Assembly (NCBI GenBank): GCA_965644315.1
Contig: CBFFRQ010000048.1
Location: forward strand, 1 to 64,000
Direction of reading: 5' to 3'
DNA length: 64,000 nt
Origin: Caecitellus pseudoparvulus
Lineage: Eukaryota; Protista; Bigyra: Bicosoecida
The notes below the pieces were generated by a model that did no database searches, was not told where the DNA came from, and saw nothing but the letters and a program-made list of their open reading frames with translations. Shown here piece after piece: positions 31,795 to 43,477 of the stretch; the stretch's first letter is position 1; the number at the start of each line of letters is the position of its first letter. A program made the position numbers and the translations under genes.

Positions 31795-34437
31795 TCAGCG
31801 CCTTTTGTCGCTCTTCAGCTGCTGAAGTGCCCTCGCCACCCGGCGCAGCGCTTTGCGCACTGTGCTGCGCTGCTTCTTCGTCAGCTCACTGGACCGCTCC
31901 CCAGAGAGTGCTTGTTCCAGTTCTGCTTTCAGCGAGGACAACTGCTTGACTCCAGATCGACCCTGTGCTTCGGCCCCAGCTGCGGCTCGTAACTGCCGAG
32001 CCAGGTGCACTGCAAGGTCGTCGCGCTGCTCCGGTGCGCGGCGCTGAGCACGCCGGGAAGGTCTGCCACTTCCACTGGACGGAGGCCCCTGTTTTGGCTC
32101 GCTCATATTCACCAAGGCAGCGTTGATGAGGCCTTCGATGCGGACCAGTGCACGGCGCGCCCGTCTGATGTGAGTGAAGCGGCCCGGAAAGCGCTGGGAC
32201 AACCACGTGTACATGTCAAAGACTCCGTGTGCTGCCTCCAACGCCCGAAGCTCCCAAGGTGAAGTGGGGGGGCGGTCTGGTACCCTTAGCCCAGGGCCCA
32301 CCCCTGCATCGCTTTCAGCAAAGCTCCTCGCATACCGCTTGAGAGCAGCCATGGCAGTGTGGTTGCTCACATCCACTGGCGCTCGACAAAACACGAAGCG
32401 CGCAGCGAGAGGCATTTCAATCGAATCCAGTGCCCGTGCAAGCACAAGCATGTCTCCGTGTGAGCACATGAAGTATTTGTCGCCATCCACTCGGGCAAAG
32501 TCGAGGAAGAGCGTCAAGAGCTGGCTGAAGGACACATCACGTGGGCTGGGCACTGGCGAGCCGAAATGTGCTGGCGGGACATCGCGGAGCCCCCCCGCGA
32601 GATCGGAAACAGACAGCTGCGGGGATCCCTCATCAATCTCAGGAGTACTCTGAAGCACATCCTCCTCTGGCAGGTAATCGTCATCAGAGCTGTAGTCCTC
32701 GTCTTCCTCTGCTTCGGTCGAGAAAAATGTTGCGGCGTAGTCATCCTGCGCGTCAGTCATGCCCTCGTTGGGAGCGAATCCTGGCGCCACTGGGCCTTCC
32801 TCTGATCTCACCTGCTCTTGACTCTGCTGCCTCCGTGGTGCCGGGTCTGTGGCGCTCATCAAGTCCATCAGCTCCGAAGTCGCCAGGAGCTCCGTGCTGC
32901 TCCCTTCGCCGCCATGCATGCCCTGAAACAGGGACTGGAATTGTGAACCTGCTTGCCCAGCCGCCGCGAGGTGTTCGGCCCCTTGCTGCAGCAGGCCGAA
33001 CCGGTGGGCGTACAGTTCAGCGGACGCCACGCCCGTGGCTTGCTCCTTGGCGCGCTGCACCACAGACTGGCCAAGGCGTTGCAGCAGGTGTGCCGCGAGG
33101 TTTGCGAGGCCGTCTTCGTCACCGTGCGAGATACCCAGGGAGTCGGCATGACCTCTCCAGCTGCTCTTTCCAAACTCGCGGTCTGCTCTCTCCAGGACCA
33201 GTTGCTTGCGCTGTGACGGAGTTGCCACGCAAGCTGCAAAGAGCTCCAGCTGTTCAGCGGTCGGCGCGATGCCAGCTGCTGGGAGGGCGGGCGAAGTCGC
33301 ATCCAGCGCTGATTGCAGTAAGTGCCGATCGGCGGCCGAGCGGGCAGCGACAAAGCCCTCGGGGTGGTCACTCGAGAAGCGGCCTGCTCTCCCGGCAATT
33401 TGTTTGGCCTCACTCACCGTGAGGGGGCGGGTTTGCAATCCATCGTACTTTTCGGTCGCAGAGAAGATGACTCTTCGGATGGCGAGGTTGAGACCCATGC
33501 CGACCGCATCCGTTGCGACCAGGACGCTGACTGGGTGTTCTGGCTCGTTGAACGCGCGGGCTTGTTCCCGACGCACGGTTGGCGGCAGGGACCCGTACAC
33601 CAGGCCACACTTGAGCGGCGTGCTGGCCTCTACGGCTTCTTTAATATCAAACAACTTCTTGCGCGAGAATGCAACGATGCAGTCTCCGCTGCGCACAGAC
33701 TTCCAGGAGCGCAAGTGGCCTGGTTGCAAGGTCAGCGGGCTGAGGCGACCATACTCGTGTACAGTCAGCTCTTCTCCTGTGCTGGCAGCGAGCTGGCGGA
33801 GAAGGGGCAGTGCAGCTGCATCTCCACAGACGTGCACTTCGTGTGCTGGCAGGCCCAGGAGTGCCCGTGTCCACGCCCAGCCCCGGTCTGCATCGGCCAT
33901 CATCTGGATCTCGTCCAACACCGCCACCTGCACTTCCTCCTGCAGCGAAGCCATCTCAACCGTGCATGCCGTGTGCCGCGCTCCAGCCACCAACGCTTGC
34001 TCCTGCCCCGTGATGAGACTGCAAGGCGTGCCCTCTCTCGTATTCATGCGGTCGTATTGCTCCCATGCCAGGAGGCGCAGTGGCCCCGCATACACACCGC
34101 TCTTGGCCGACTTGAGGGCTTGAATGGCATGGTGAGTCTTACCGCTGTTGGTTGGACCCAGGTGAGCAACAATCCTCCGTTTCATCAGCCGTGCCGGTGC
34201 GTACCTGCGCACGTGAAGGGTGTGAGTGGGACCCTGGCGCTTTGCCTGCGGTAATTGCTTGGCTGCGCACCAAGTGTGTGGCTCCCGCAGGTCTGTGAGT
34301 CTGGAAATGGCCGACACTCCGAGGTCAGGATTCACTTGGAAGGACATAAATCGCCCGAGCAGTGAAGGTGGCGCATGCCTGACCCCAGGCAAGCCCGCTC
34401 TCGGCACCTGCCGAGCCGCGGCTCTCAACACATGCAT
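31795..34437 (-). CDS. SUV3: Mitochondrial ATP-dependent RNA helicase SUV3; intron 34205-34270
   Basis: DLREPHTW/YAPAR..KRRIVAHLGPTNSGKT, GPLRLLAWE, DEIQM, RGWAWTRALLG, ATDAVGMGLNL and KQIAGRAGR, plus a presequence-like N-terminus. Confidence 0.95.
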   Translation of the reverse strand: MHVLRAAARQVPRAGLPGVRHAPPSLLGRFMSFQVNPDLGVSAISRLTDLREPHTWCAAKQLPQAKRQGPTHTLHVRRYAPARLMKRRIVAHLGPTNSGKTHHAIQALKSAKSGVYAGPLRLLAWEQYDRMNTREGTPCSLITGQEQALVAGARHTACTVEMASLQEEVQVAVLDEIQMMADADRGWAWTRALLGLPAHEVHVCGDAAALPLLRQLAASTGEELTVHEYGRLSPLTLQPGHLRSWKSVRSGDCIVAFSRKKLFDIKEAVEASTPLKCGLVYGSLPPTVRREQARAFNEPEHPVSVLVATDAVGMGLNLAIRRVIFSATEKYDGLQTRPLTVSEAKQIAGRAGRFSSDHPEGFVAARSAADRHLLQSALDATSPALPAAGIAPTAEQLELFAACVATPSQRKQLVLERADREFGKSSWRGHADSLGISHGDEDGLANLAAHLLQRLGQSVVQRAKEQATGVASAELYAHRFGLLQQGAEHLAAAGQAGSQFQSLFQGMHGGEGSSTELLATSELMDLMSATDPAPRRQQSQEQVRSEEGPVAPGFAPNEGMTDAQDDYAATFFSTEAEEDEDYSSDDDYLPEEDVLQSTPEIDEGSPQLSVSDLAGGLRDVPPAHFGSPVPSPRDVSFSQLLTLFLDFARVDGDKYFMCSHGDMLVLARALDSIEMPLAARFVFCRAPVDVSNHTAMAALKRYARSFAESDAGVGPGLRVPDRPPTSPWELRALEAAHGVFDMYTWLSQRFPGRFTHIRRARRALVRIEGLINAALVNMSEPKQGPPSSGSGRPSRRAQRRAPEQRDDLAVHLARQLRAAAGAEAQGRSGVKQLSSLKAELEQALSGERSSELTKKQRSTVRKALRRVARALQQLKSDKRR

Positions 34438-34844
34438 GGCACGTGCCTGGCTCGGGCATGTGGGATGCAGGGCGTGCGGGAGACTGCGTGCAGTACATAC
34501 GTTGAAGGACTGTCCCGTGTGAAGATTCTGATTGGATATTGTTCCAGCTCCGTTGGTGTTTGAGCTCTGGGGCCGGCAGCTCTGTTGGCTGGGTTCAAAG
34601 TGGGCTGCATGGCAAATCACTTGTCTCCCGAAATGCTCAATCCGCTGTCCGTTGTGTTGTCTTCAAGCAGCTGCATTGGCTGGCTGCATGCCAAAGGAAG
34701 GGCCCCGACTGGCTTGGACGACTCGCACGACTGGCGCTCGAGGCAGCGCTCCTTCGCTGGCCCGCCCCACTGCAACAGGCTGAGCACGAGGAAGCGGCAA
34801 GCTTGCGCACGTCCACAGGCTTCTTGCTAGACTTATTTTCTACA

Positions 34845-35389
34845 ATGGCTGAGCAAGGCGACACAGGAGACTTCAAGCAGGTGGGGAAGGTGGTGGACCC
34901 AGGTTGGGGCTTGTCGGCACCCATCCCAGGTGTGGACGACAAGCTGCCAGACAAGCTTGGGGACATGGACGTGACCCCTGAGGTGAAGAAGCTGTACATG
35001 GGGAACCCTGTGATGCTTGCCATGTGCGTGTACCGGCCCCATGGGCGCCGGAGCCCGCCGTGTAGGCACGGGTGGTCCATTTTACCGCAGGCGGAGCATG
35101 CATTCTCCTCAGTGCCAGAAGCCGTTCGATGCAATGATTATGTGCACGAGGAATTTGTTGGAAGAGACCATTTGCGAGCAGGTAATCACAGCGTTTAAGC
35201 CTTGTGCGCAAGAGATGAAGCGCAAGCGCCTGTTGAGTGCGAAGCTCGTGCGTGGTGCAATTTCCGCAGCCCATCAGCTGCTTCCCGCGTATTGCGTGGC
35301 ACTCCTGCACTCCATTCCAGGCAGAGGAAAAGCGAGCACGAGAACTCATGGCCAAGAGCAAGGCGTTGCAGGAAGCCCAGTCCAAGTGA
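34845..35389 (+). CDS. Small twin-CX9C (CHCH) protein, likely mitochondrial intermembrane space; two introns
   Basis: The spliced product contains CQKPFDAMIMC-x9-CEQVITAFKPC and ends AEEKRARELMAKSKALQEAQSK. Confidence 0.7.
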
Positions 35390-35420
35390 GGGGGTCAAGG
35401 GAAGCTGCAAGCTGGCCACG

Positions 35421-38400
35421 TCACCCGCGGTGCAGAGGCAGGCCATGGCCCACCGTGAAGCCGTCCGCGGCCAAGTCAGCAATGCACTGTGCAGCCCGCG
35501 CACCGAGGCCTGTCATGGTGCCTCCCGCCGCCTCTTGGATCATACCTAGCGCCTGTGTGACGTCGGCAGCCTTGATGCGGGTTGTGAAGGCGTTGGATAG
35601 GGTGGCAGGTTGCACGGGGCTGTGCTGTGGAGGTTGTGCCTCGGACCCTGCGCCAGCCTGGTCCGGCGCCGCCGCCGCTGCAGCAGCCTGCAGGCGCACC
35701 TCCTCCGCGCCCGCCTCGGCTAGGATCAAGAGGCACTCCACGGCAGCCTCTGCGTCGGGCTGCGGAGAGTGCAGGCTGGACAGGACGGCGGAGAGGCCGC
35801 CTCCGCCTGCGCTGTCGACGAACTCGGCGCAGTTCGTGCGGTGGTGGCGGCAGAGGCTGCGAACGAAGGACAGCAGGAGTGCACGGGCCTGGCTGGCTGC
35901 CGCTTCGTCGTCTGCCGTGCCTGCCGCCCCAGCCACACTGTGGAGCAGGGTGGCCAGAAGGGGCAGCAGGTGCAGCTCAGCCGCAAAGGCCTGCAAACTG
36001 CCCCCCCCTCCTGCCGAGGCGAGGTTGTCCCCCAGCAAAGCCGCGTGCAGGATGGTGTCGCTGGGCACCTGGGCCAGCATGACGCGGGCAAGGGGCAGGA
36101 GGCCCCCCCACCACACTCGCTGGCGACTGAGCCAGGTGGTGGCTTGGGTGGAGGTGAACACCAGCCCGTTCAGCACCGCCAGGCATTTGCCTGCCCACCG
36201 CGCAGCAGCAGCTACAATGCCAGGGGCGGTGTCGCTTTGGGTTGGGGCCCCAGCTGCCGCCAGAAGTGGCGCCAGCTCGTCGGCCGGCAGCGTGTCCCGC
36301 ACACCCAGCACGTCGCAAGCGGCGACCAGCGACCCCAGCAAGGCCTGCACGGCGGGGATACCGGCGTTCTCCAGGACTGCAAACGCTCGCTTGGACACGG
36401 TGTCTTCTGGAATGTCAGTCACCAGCTGCACGAGGGTGGGCACGACGCCTGCCGCCACCAGCCCTTCCGCATGGTCGGCAGCACGGGCAGTGCCTGGGGA
36501 CGTGAGGTGCCCCAGCGCCAGCAAGGCAGCAGCGATGACTTGGTAGGGGCCTGCGATGTCCAGTGGGAGTGCCTGTGCGATGTCCTGGGGTGTGGGCTCT
36601 GCTGGCAGCAGGCCTTCGTGAGTAGCTTCCTCCAACTGAGCCTCCAGCGCCAGCAAGTGGGGCTGGGCCGTGCGCACGTTAAGGATGAGCACCTCCGCAA
36701 TGCGGCTCGCGGCAGCCACCTCGGCCAATGCGCTCACGGCTTCTGGGCGGGCGTGGGCCCAGTTGACCAGGCCCATGAGCGTGGCGAGGTCCTGCCCTGC
36801 GCGGCTCTCTGGCGAGTGACCACTGGAGGTGCCAGGCGCCACGTCACCGTGCTGCTCACCGAGAGTGAAGGCCCCTTGCATGTAGCCCTGCAACCTCGCT
36901 GGTGCGTGGGAGGGGGAGTCCGGGCCGTGCCAGCCCTCCTCCCCGACCCCTTTGTCAGTGGCTCCCCATAACCACTCCCCGCCTTCCCACAGCCAAGGCA
37001 GGTTTGAGTGCGCGGGTGGGGGGACAGCAGCCCCGCTAGGGTGAGACAGCAGGGCGGTGAGCGCACTGGCCAGGCAAGCAGCAGTGTCTGGCGGGGTGAG
37101 GAGAGCCGACATGGGGGGACATCCAATGCTGAGGTGGCTGAGCAGAAGGGCAGCGGAGGGGCCCACGCCGGGTGCGGGGTGCTGCAGCAGCCGAGGCAGG
37201 AGGGACGCCACGAGTGGCGTGGCTATTTGGCGCTTGCACAGGGGAGACCCGTCCACCAAGTTCACCAGGGCGGTCAGGGCGCCCTGCAAGGCAGAGGTGC
37301 GGGCGGCAGACGCGGCAGGCAGACAGCAGCCCCTGCTCTCAGCCGCGCGCACCTGGGCCAGTGCATCTGCGGGGGTCTGTCCCCCCGCGCAGGGCATGGC
37401 CAGCTCCGCCACGACGGCATCGTGGCTGTCGTCCACGAGGGGGGTCCAGCCCCCCCCCGGCTGCCCCGTCAGGCCGCCATCCCGTTCCGCCCGCCACTTG
37501 CCGCCTTCGTACGCCGCCTCCAGCGTGGAACCAGCCAGCAGGCGCAGGAGCAACGGCAGCGCACCAGCAGCAGCGGCGTGGCCGCCGGCCACGGCTCTGC
37601 GGTACACCAAGTTGCCGAGCGCTGTCAGGGACGCACAGAGCAGGTCGGGGGCGCCTGCCACCTCAGCAGGCGAGGACAGCCAGCCGGCGCCCTCGGCCTC
37701 GTCACTGGCGTCTGCTTCCTGTCTAGGCGAAGTCGTGGAGGGGGCAGGGGCGGGCCCCAGACTGGGAGAGGCGCTGCCGAGGTGGCTGGGCGACGGCAGC
37801 CCTGGCAGGGCTGACCCTGGGCTGCTGCCACTGCGCCGTCGCCGACTGCGGGAGGTGGGCGACGCAGCGTGGGCTGCGCATGAGCTGCTGGCTTGCGGGC
37901 CACCCCGGCGCTCCTCACCGCTCTGGCGTCGGCGCCTGCGACGTGCCAGCTTGGCGAGCACCCAGCATCGTTGGCCCGCGGTGAGGAGCAGGGTCACCAG
38001 GGGCGGCAGCGCTGCCATGAGGCCATCCACACAGGAGTCCAGGGCAGAGGGGTGGGCTGCGAGGGCTGCGAGCAGCTGCAGGGCACTGTGCAGAGTGGCC
38101 GTGGGGGGTGGCAGTCCACCTCCGGGCAGCCACTCCCGCACTTCCCCCAGGACGGGCGACAGGAGGCGGCCTGGCGCCACGGCCGGTGCCAAAGGTCGCA
38201 GGGGCGGCAGGGGCAGCACAGCTACCAGCTCTGGCTGCCAGGCACACGGCTCCAGGGCACAGACGCCGCTGTCTTGGGGGTCCTGTGCCAGGTGGGCCAG
38301 GCAGGCGTACGCCGCCCTCCGAATATCGGCATTGTAGTCCGCTGCACAGCCCAGGAGGGCCTCTGTGCCGTCAGTGCTGAGGACCATGCGTCGCAAGGCC

Positions 38401-39749
38401 CATACCAGGGGCAGAGGGGCCGTCTCCTCGTCCCGTTGCAGCAGGACAGCCAGCAGCCGGGTCGCGCTCAGCATGATGCCCTCGTCGATGTTCTGCAGAC
38501 ACCGCACCAGCAGGACGGGGCCCGAGCCGCCCAGGCCGAACAGCAGCTCGTACAGGGCAGTTTGACTGCAGGCGTCGCGTGTCACGGCCGTGGTGAGCTT
38601 GTGCAGCCCGCCCAGGGTCAGGGCCTCGTCGGAGTGGTTCGCTGCCATGGCCCCCAGGACGCTCAGCACAGACACCGAGACACGCAGGCACTGCACGTGC
38701 GCTGGCGCCGCTTCAGACTGAGGCAGACCAGCTGCAGGCTCCAGTGGGGCGGAGGGGGGGGCTCCTGGGCCTGGCAGGGGGGCTGCTGCAGCGGGCTTGC
38801 CTGCGTGCAACACCACCACATCCCGCAGCTGGGCGTACTGCGGCAAGGCGCCCTCCAGAGACGCTTGATCGGGCGCCCTGGCCAAGTGCTGGAGCAGGGT
38901 GGCCAGCAGGCTGCATGCGGCGGCAGTCAAGACGGGGGGGGGAGGTGGGTCCCCTGGCGCCCCCTCCACCACACTGCACAGCCACGCCCACAGACCCGGC
39001 TCGCCTGCTGACTGGCCAGCGGTCGCCACCGCTCGGGCGGCAGCTGGGGACAGGGTGGCGAGGCAGGCCAGGGCTTGCAGGGGGATGGGCCCACCCAGCG
39101 CCTCGAGCGGGTCCTGGTCTGCGGGGCGTGCCGCGAGGTGGGCCCACACACAGCGCGGCAGCTGCGTGTGCACGTCACTGCGCTGCAGGCGCTGCGCGGC
39201 GTCAGATGCAAAGACATGCGTCGGCTGCAGCAGCTGCACGACCACCTGGGCCACGAGGGGCAGCACCTCCCCATCGTTGTCTGCAGCCCGCAGCGCCGTG
39301 GCCAGTGCCTTGTGCACGCCGCCAGTGAGGAGGCCCTTGATGTAGCCGACGTCGTCGGTGGCCAAGCCACTGAGTGTCGCTGTGAGCGCCTCGACAAGTG
39401 GCTGTGTGCAGTCCTCCGCCTCAGCCGTCGCCGCCGACGCCAGGAGGAAGCGCAGGAGCCCGTGCAACGGCACTGTGTCCAGCAGGTGGGTCACAGACGA
39501 GAGCAACGCCGCCACTGGGATGCCCAGCATGGGGTGGGCCTGCAGGGTATCAAGAGTACTGCCAATGGCGGCAGGTGCAGAGACATGGCGCAAGAGTGTG
39601 CGCGCTTTGTCCGGAGGCAGGGCAGCTGCAGCAGCCAGCGTTTCACAGGCTTCCAGGACGCCTGCCTCATCAGGCGGAGATGCCTCTGCTGCAGAGCGAA
39701 GGGTGCTGATGGCAGTCGCTGCCGCTGCAGTAGACAGCGGCACCTCCAT
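35421..39749 (-). CDS. Large ARM/HEAT-repeat protein
   Basis: 1442-aa Leu/Ala-rich helical ORF with ARM-like motifs (LTALGNLV, LTALVNLV, AGVVPTLVQLV). Confidence 0.65.
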   Translation of the reverse strand: MEVPLSTAAAATAISTLRSAAEASPPDEAGVLEACETLAAAAALPPDKARTLLRHVSAPAAIGSTLDTLQAHPMLGIPVAALLSSVTHLLDTVPLHGLLRFLLASAATAEAEDCTQPLVEALTATLSGLATDDVGYIKGLLTGGVHKALATALRAADNDGEVLPLVAQVVVQLLQPTHVFASDAAQRLQRSDVHTQLPRCVWAHLAARPADQDPLEALGGPIPLQALACLATLSPAAARAVATAGQSAGEPGLWAWLCSVVEGAPGDPPPPPVLTAAACSLLATLLQHLARAPDQASLEGALPQYAQLRDVVVLHAGKPAAAAPLPGPGAPPSAPLEPAAGLPQSEAAPAHVQCLRVSVSVLSVLGAMAANHSDEALTLGGLHKLTTAVTRDACSQTALYELLFGLGGSGPVLLVRCLQNIDEGIMLSATRLLAVLLQRDEETAPLPLVWALRRMVLSTDGTEALLGCAADYNADIRRAAYACLAHLAQDPQDSGVCALEPCAWQPELVAVLPLPPLRPLAPAVAPGRLLSPVLGEVREWLPGGGLPPPTATLHSALQLLAALAAHPSALDSCVDGLMAALPPLVTLLLTAGQRCWVLAKLARRRRRRQSGEERRGGPQASSSCAAHAASPTSRSRRRRSGSSPGSALPGLPSPSHLGSASPSLGPAPAPSTTSPRQEADASDEAEGAGWLSSPAEVAGAPDLLCASLTALGNLVYRRAVAGGHAAAAGALPLLLRLLAGSTLEAAYEGGKWRAERDGGLTGQPGGGWTPLVDDSHDAVVAELAMPCAGGQTPADALAQVRAAESRGCCLPAASAARTSALQGALTALVNLVDGSPLCKRQIATPLVASLLPRLLQHPAPGVGPSAALLLSHLSIGCPPMSALLTPPDTAACLASALTALLSHPSGAAVPPPAHSNLPWLWEGGEWLWGATDKGVGEEGWHGPDSPSHAPARLQGYMQGAFTLGEQHGDVAPGTSSGHSPESRAGQDLATLMGLVNWAHARPEAVSALAEVAAASRIAEVLILNVRTAQPHLLALEAQLEEATHEGLLPAEPTPQDIAQALPLDIAGPYQVIAAALLALGHLTSPGTARAADHAEGLVAAGVVPTLVQLVTDIPEDTVSKRAFAVLENAGIPAVQALLGSLVAACDVLGVRDTLPADELAPLLAAAGAPTQSDTAPGIVAAAARWAGKCLAVLNGLVFTSTQATTWLSRQRVWWGGLLPLARVMLAQVPSDTILHAALLGDNLASAGGGGSLQAFAAELHLLPLLATLLHSVAGAAGTADDEAAASQARALLLSFVRSLCRHHRTNCAEFVDSAGGGGLSAVLSSLHSPQPDAEAAVECLLILAEAGAEEVRLQAAAAAAAPDQAGAGSEAQPPQHSPVQPATLSNAFTTRIKAADVTQALGMIQEAAGGTMTGLGARAAQCIADLAADGFTVGHGLPLHRG

Positions 39750-39920
39750 GGTTTACCCCCCACTGTGCGGCACACCGCCCTCGTGTGCTCAGGAAGCCGA
39801 GGCGACGACGCTGCCGATTGCGACGTGAAACTCGCACGAAACGCCCCTAAACACAGAGTCCAAAGTTACTGAAACTGAGGCTTGCGGGAGAGGCGCTGCA
39901 TTTCCTACGTGGTTCATACA

Positions 39921-42900
39921 TCATTCTTCCTTTGGCTCGGGGTCCACGTCTGTCTGTGCCCCTCGATGTGGAGACCGGGGCATGCGCACCCCCGACGCGC
40001 TCATGGCAGCGACACTTGCAGCATTGCCAGCCTCCATCGCAGCGCGGGCAGCGGCAATGGCGACTTCCTGGCCGCGCGCAGACTTGGCCCGTGCGGCGGC
40101 CTTATCCCGCTGAGCCGTCCGGCTCGTCGGCAACGCCGTGCCTGGTCGGGGACTGGAGCTCACGGGGAGGGATGCGGGCCCAGGCACAGGCGCCTGCAGC
40201 AGACCGGCAGGGCCAGACGCCGAGGCTGGCGAGGTGGCAGGCACCAAGGCCGGCGTGGGTGCTGCCGCTTGGTCCCTGCGCGGGGCCACCACCCGTGGGC
40301 CCACGGCGCGCTTCTGAGGTGTGGGCTGGGGCATGCGGGCTGGGGCGGTGGGCCACTGTGGCGGGTGGGTGGGCCCACCGCCCGCACCTGCCACAGGGCT
40401 GGACTGCTGCCCCGACCCCACGCCCCCCTGACCCGTCGCCTCAGACCCCACCAGCGCTGAGAGGGTGGAGGCAGCTGCCTCGGCAGCCGCCTTGCGCCCT
40501 GGAGGGGGGGCGGCATCCCCCTTACGGCCAGGCTTGACCCGTGTGGGGGTCTTCTCGCCTGCCCGCAGGGGTGGGCCGACATCGGACTGTGGTGGTGGCG
40601 CGCCCATGCGGGTGGGCCCCAGGCCCGCCGCGGAGAGGCCCTCGCTGACCCCCCCTCGGATGCGCGTGGAGCCCCCCCCCTCAGATGACTGCGGAGAAGG
40701 CCTGCCGCCGCTGCGCCCACTGCTGCGCACAGAGCTTGGCGTGCCGACTGGCGTGGCGTGGTACCGGCGAACCGTGGAGGGTGGCGCGGGGGTAGACCGG
40801 GCCGATGCGATGGCTGGGCTGTCAGCCACCCACTCCCCATCCCCCCCCGCCCACTTGGCAGGAGAGGCCACGGACGCACCGGATCCGGCAGCGTGCGGCC
40901 TGGCAGGGGATGTGGACGTGCTCCATGAGGACGTGGCAGCGGCAGCATCTGCCGGAACGAGGCCCCCGCCCGGAGCAAGTGCCCAGTACTTGCTTGAGGC
41001 GCTCCCCGTGCTGGCCGGCGCACTGGCTGGGCTGGGCGCTGGAACCCCTCGCTGGCGTGTGGCGGCGAGGATGGAGGACTCCTGGTCCACAGCGGGCGTC
41101 ATGGGCAGGCGCCGCGCAGCAGTGGAGGGGCGTGGCGCAGGCTGCACCCGGGATGTGCTGCCCACAGCCCGCCCCTCCACCAGCTGCATGCTGCCGGCGT
41201 CATAGACAGCGGGGCCCCATGGCGTGGCGCCACCGGCGCCCCCGGACCCCGCCCACGCCGCCTCCTCCGCCTCCCCAGCGGACCCAGGCGAGATGCCGCG
41301 CCCAGCTGCACCAGCCAGGGCGCCCAGGGGGGAGATGCGGGGGGCAGCGGCGGCGTGAGGCACCTCTCGCCCCAGTGCCGCGCTGTCGTCCATGCCCCGG
41401 GGCACCTTGCGCCCCAGGCTGTGCACGATGCGAGAGTGGTGCGCGGAGGTGTACCGGCTCGTGCTGGGGGGCGCCATGGCGCCACCGGCGGCGGGGGTGG
41501 GCCCACGTGCCGCGCCAGGCAGCGGAGCGGCCAGACCCGAGCCTGAGATCGCGCGAGGCGGCACTGTGCTGTCCATGTGCTGGGCGGTGTTGATGAAGGG
41601 CGCTGGGTGCAGCCAGGCGCCAGCAGTGGCAGAGCGCAGCGCACTGACGCCGGACGCGTGGCGCTGCAAGTAGTGCGCCGCGGGCAGCACGGCAGGTGGC
41701 GCAGGCACGGGCTGAGGGGGGTGGCGCGTCTGCCGCCCCTCCGCAAGGGTGGGCCCACCCTGTCCGCTGGCCTGGCCGCCCTCGGCCAAGCCACCCTCGC
41801 TGCCCGAGTCGTCATCTGAGGAATCCGAGTCGCCCACCCCGCCCCCATCCACGCAGGCTGAGGGGGGCAGCGGGCGGGGCGGTGTCTCGTCCTGAGCCTG
41901 CGTGGTGGGGCGCGGCGTGACCACCGCCACGCTGGGCTGCGGGTCCGCCGACTCCTCGTCCCAGGAGGGGGACAGCTCCCCCCATGCGCTGCCATCCCCC
42001 CGCCCAGACGCCCCCTGCGCCACGGTGCCATCCGTGGACTCGCCAGCGTCAGAGGCTGCCGAGCCCATGGGCGGCAGTGGCTGGGGCGGCTGGGCGGCAG
42101 GGGCCTCTGCGTCCAGAGCGCTCTCCAGCACCGCCCGCCACTGCCGCCCGTCCAGGCGGTGCACCGTCACGCCCCTCCCTGCGCCAGCCTGTGTCGCCTC
42201 CAGTGCCTCTGCAGGCACACCAATGAGTGCGGAGCCAAAGCGACTGGGGTACGTGAAGGCGTACTGCTGACAGTGCCTGCAGCGGAACAGCTCCTCATTC
42301 GGAGCCTCGCGTGCAGCGCTGGAGATGGGCGTTGCTTCCAGGTCGTCGTCCTGCGCTGCCCAAGTCACTGCTTCCTCAGGCACCAGCAGCTCCACCGCAG
42401 AACGAATGGAGTACGGTGTGTCATACTGCACGACACTGGGGGAGCGAGGGGCAGTAACGCTGTACTTGACTTTCCCACAAGAGCAGGTGAAGGTGTACTC
42501 TGCCAGCTCGGCTTCTCCAAAGTGCCTGGGGAGAGTGGGTGAAACGGCGTGCATCGCGCTTGCAAGCCGGCACCGGCGGCCCAGGCAAGCCAACTCACCC
42601 ACGCAGTACAGTCAGAGGGATCTGTGTCGTCACACGAGCATCTTGCCGCGGATCAGCCTTCCCCTTTCCCTCCACAGCACTGCTCTTCTTGAACACGTCG
42701 TCGCGTAATTCTGGCCTGGCGTTTCCCCCACCACGACGCTGCAGTGGGCGTGGGCTTGGTGTGCAGCACTTCCTCGCACTCAGGAGGGCTGGGGCGGAAC
42801 AACTTACGGAAACCATCCACACTGTGCTGATGACAATGGAGGAAGCCCCCAAAACCACTGCAAAGCTCGCCGGAACGGCGTCCCCCCTCCAACCATCGGC

Positions 42901-43146
42901 CGTGAGCGCCCGCCGGGCAGAGGACAGCACGGTGTCCGCAAGCTGCCGGCCTGCCGGCAGTGCCCACTCAAGGACGTCACGTAAAACAACACTGCCACTG
43001 TGCACCAGCTCCGAAGCCCCCTGCACGATGGAAGAGGCTCCACTGCCGCTTGCGGAGTTTGCCTCGCCTGCTGCCCCTGCCCTGCTCGACTTGGGTGCAG
43101 GGGCTGGCGCAGGCCCAGAGGTGGCAGGTTGTCGACGCGACTCCAT
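39921..43146 (-). CDS. Protein with TM segment, degenerate GFA/CENP-V (Mss4-like) Zn domain and long disordered tail; intron about 42525-42598
   Basis: Exon 1 (MESRRQ...FAVVLGASSIVISTVWMV) splices at GTGAGT..CAG to YTFTCSCGKVKYSV...FRCRHCQQYAF. Confidence 0.55.
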
Positions 43147-43477
43147 CCCTATTTGCAGTACTGCAAGGAGTGCACGCTGTGCGTTTGGCTCCGATTCAGC
43201 TTAAGCCAAAGCCACCAGTGCCGGCAGCGGTATTTGAAGCTGACGCAGGGAGACCGTTGGGGCCTGCCCGCATGCACAGCTTCCTGCGCAGCCGTCCAGA
43301 CCGCAGTGTGCTGCCAATTGGAGCCCACTTGAAGGTTTCGTAGGTTCCCAAGACCAGGTGAATTGGGCCTTGCCCGAAGATGGGTTTACAAGATGCAAGG
43401 TGGAACTCCCACTTGCCATTGTACGCGGCACGGCATCCATCACCACCACAGCCCAGACCGCGCCTAGCACGCCATCA

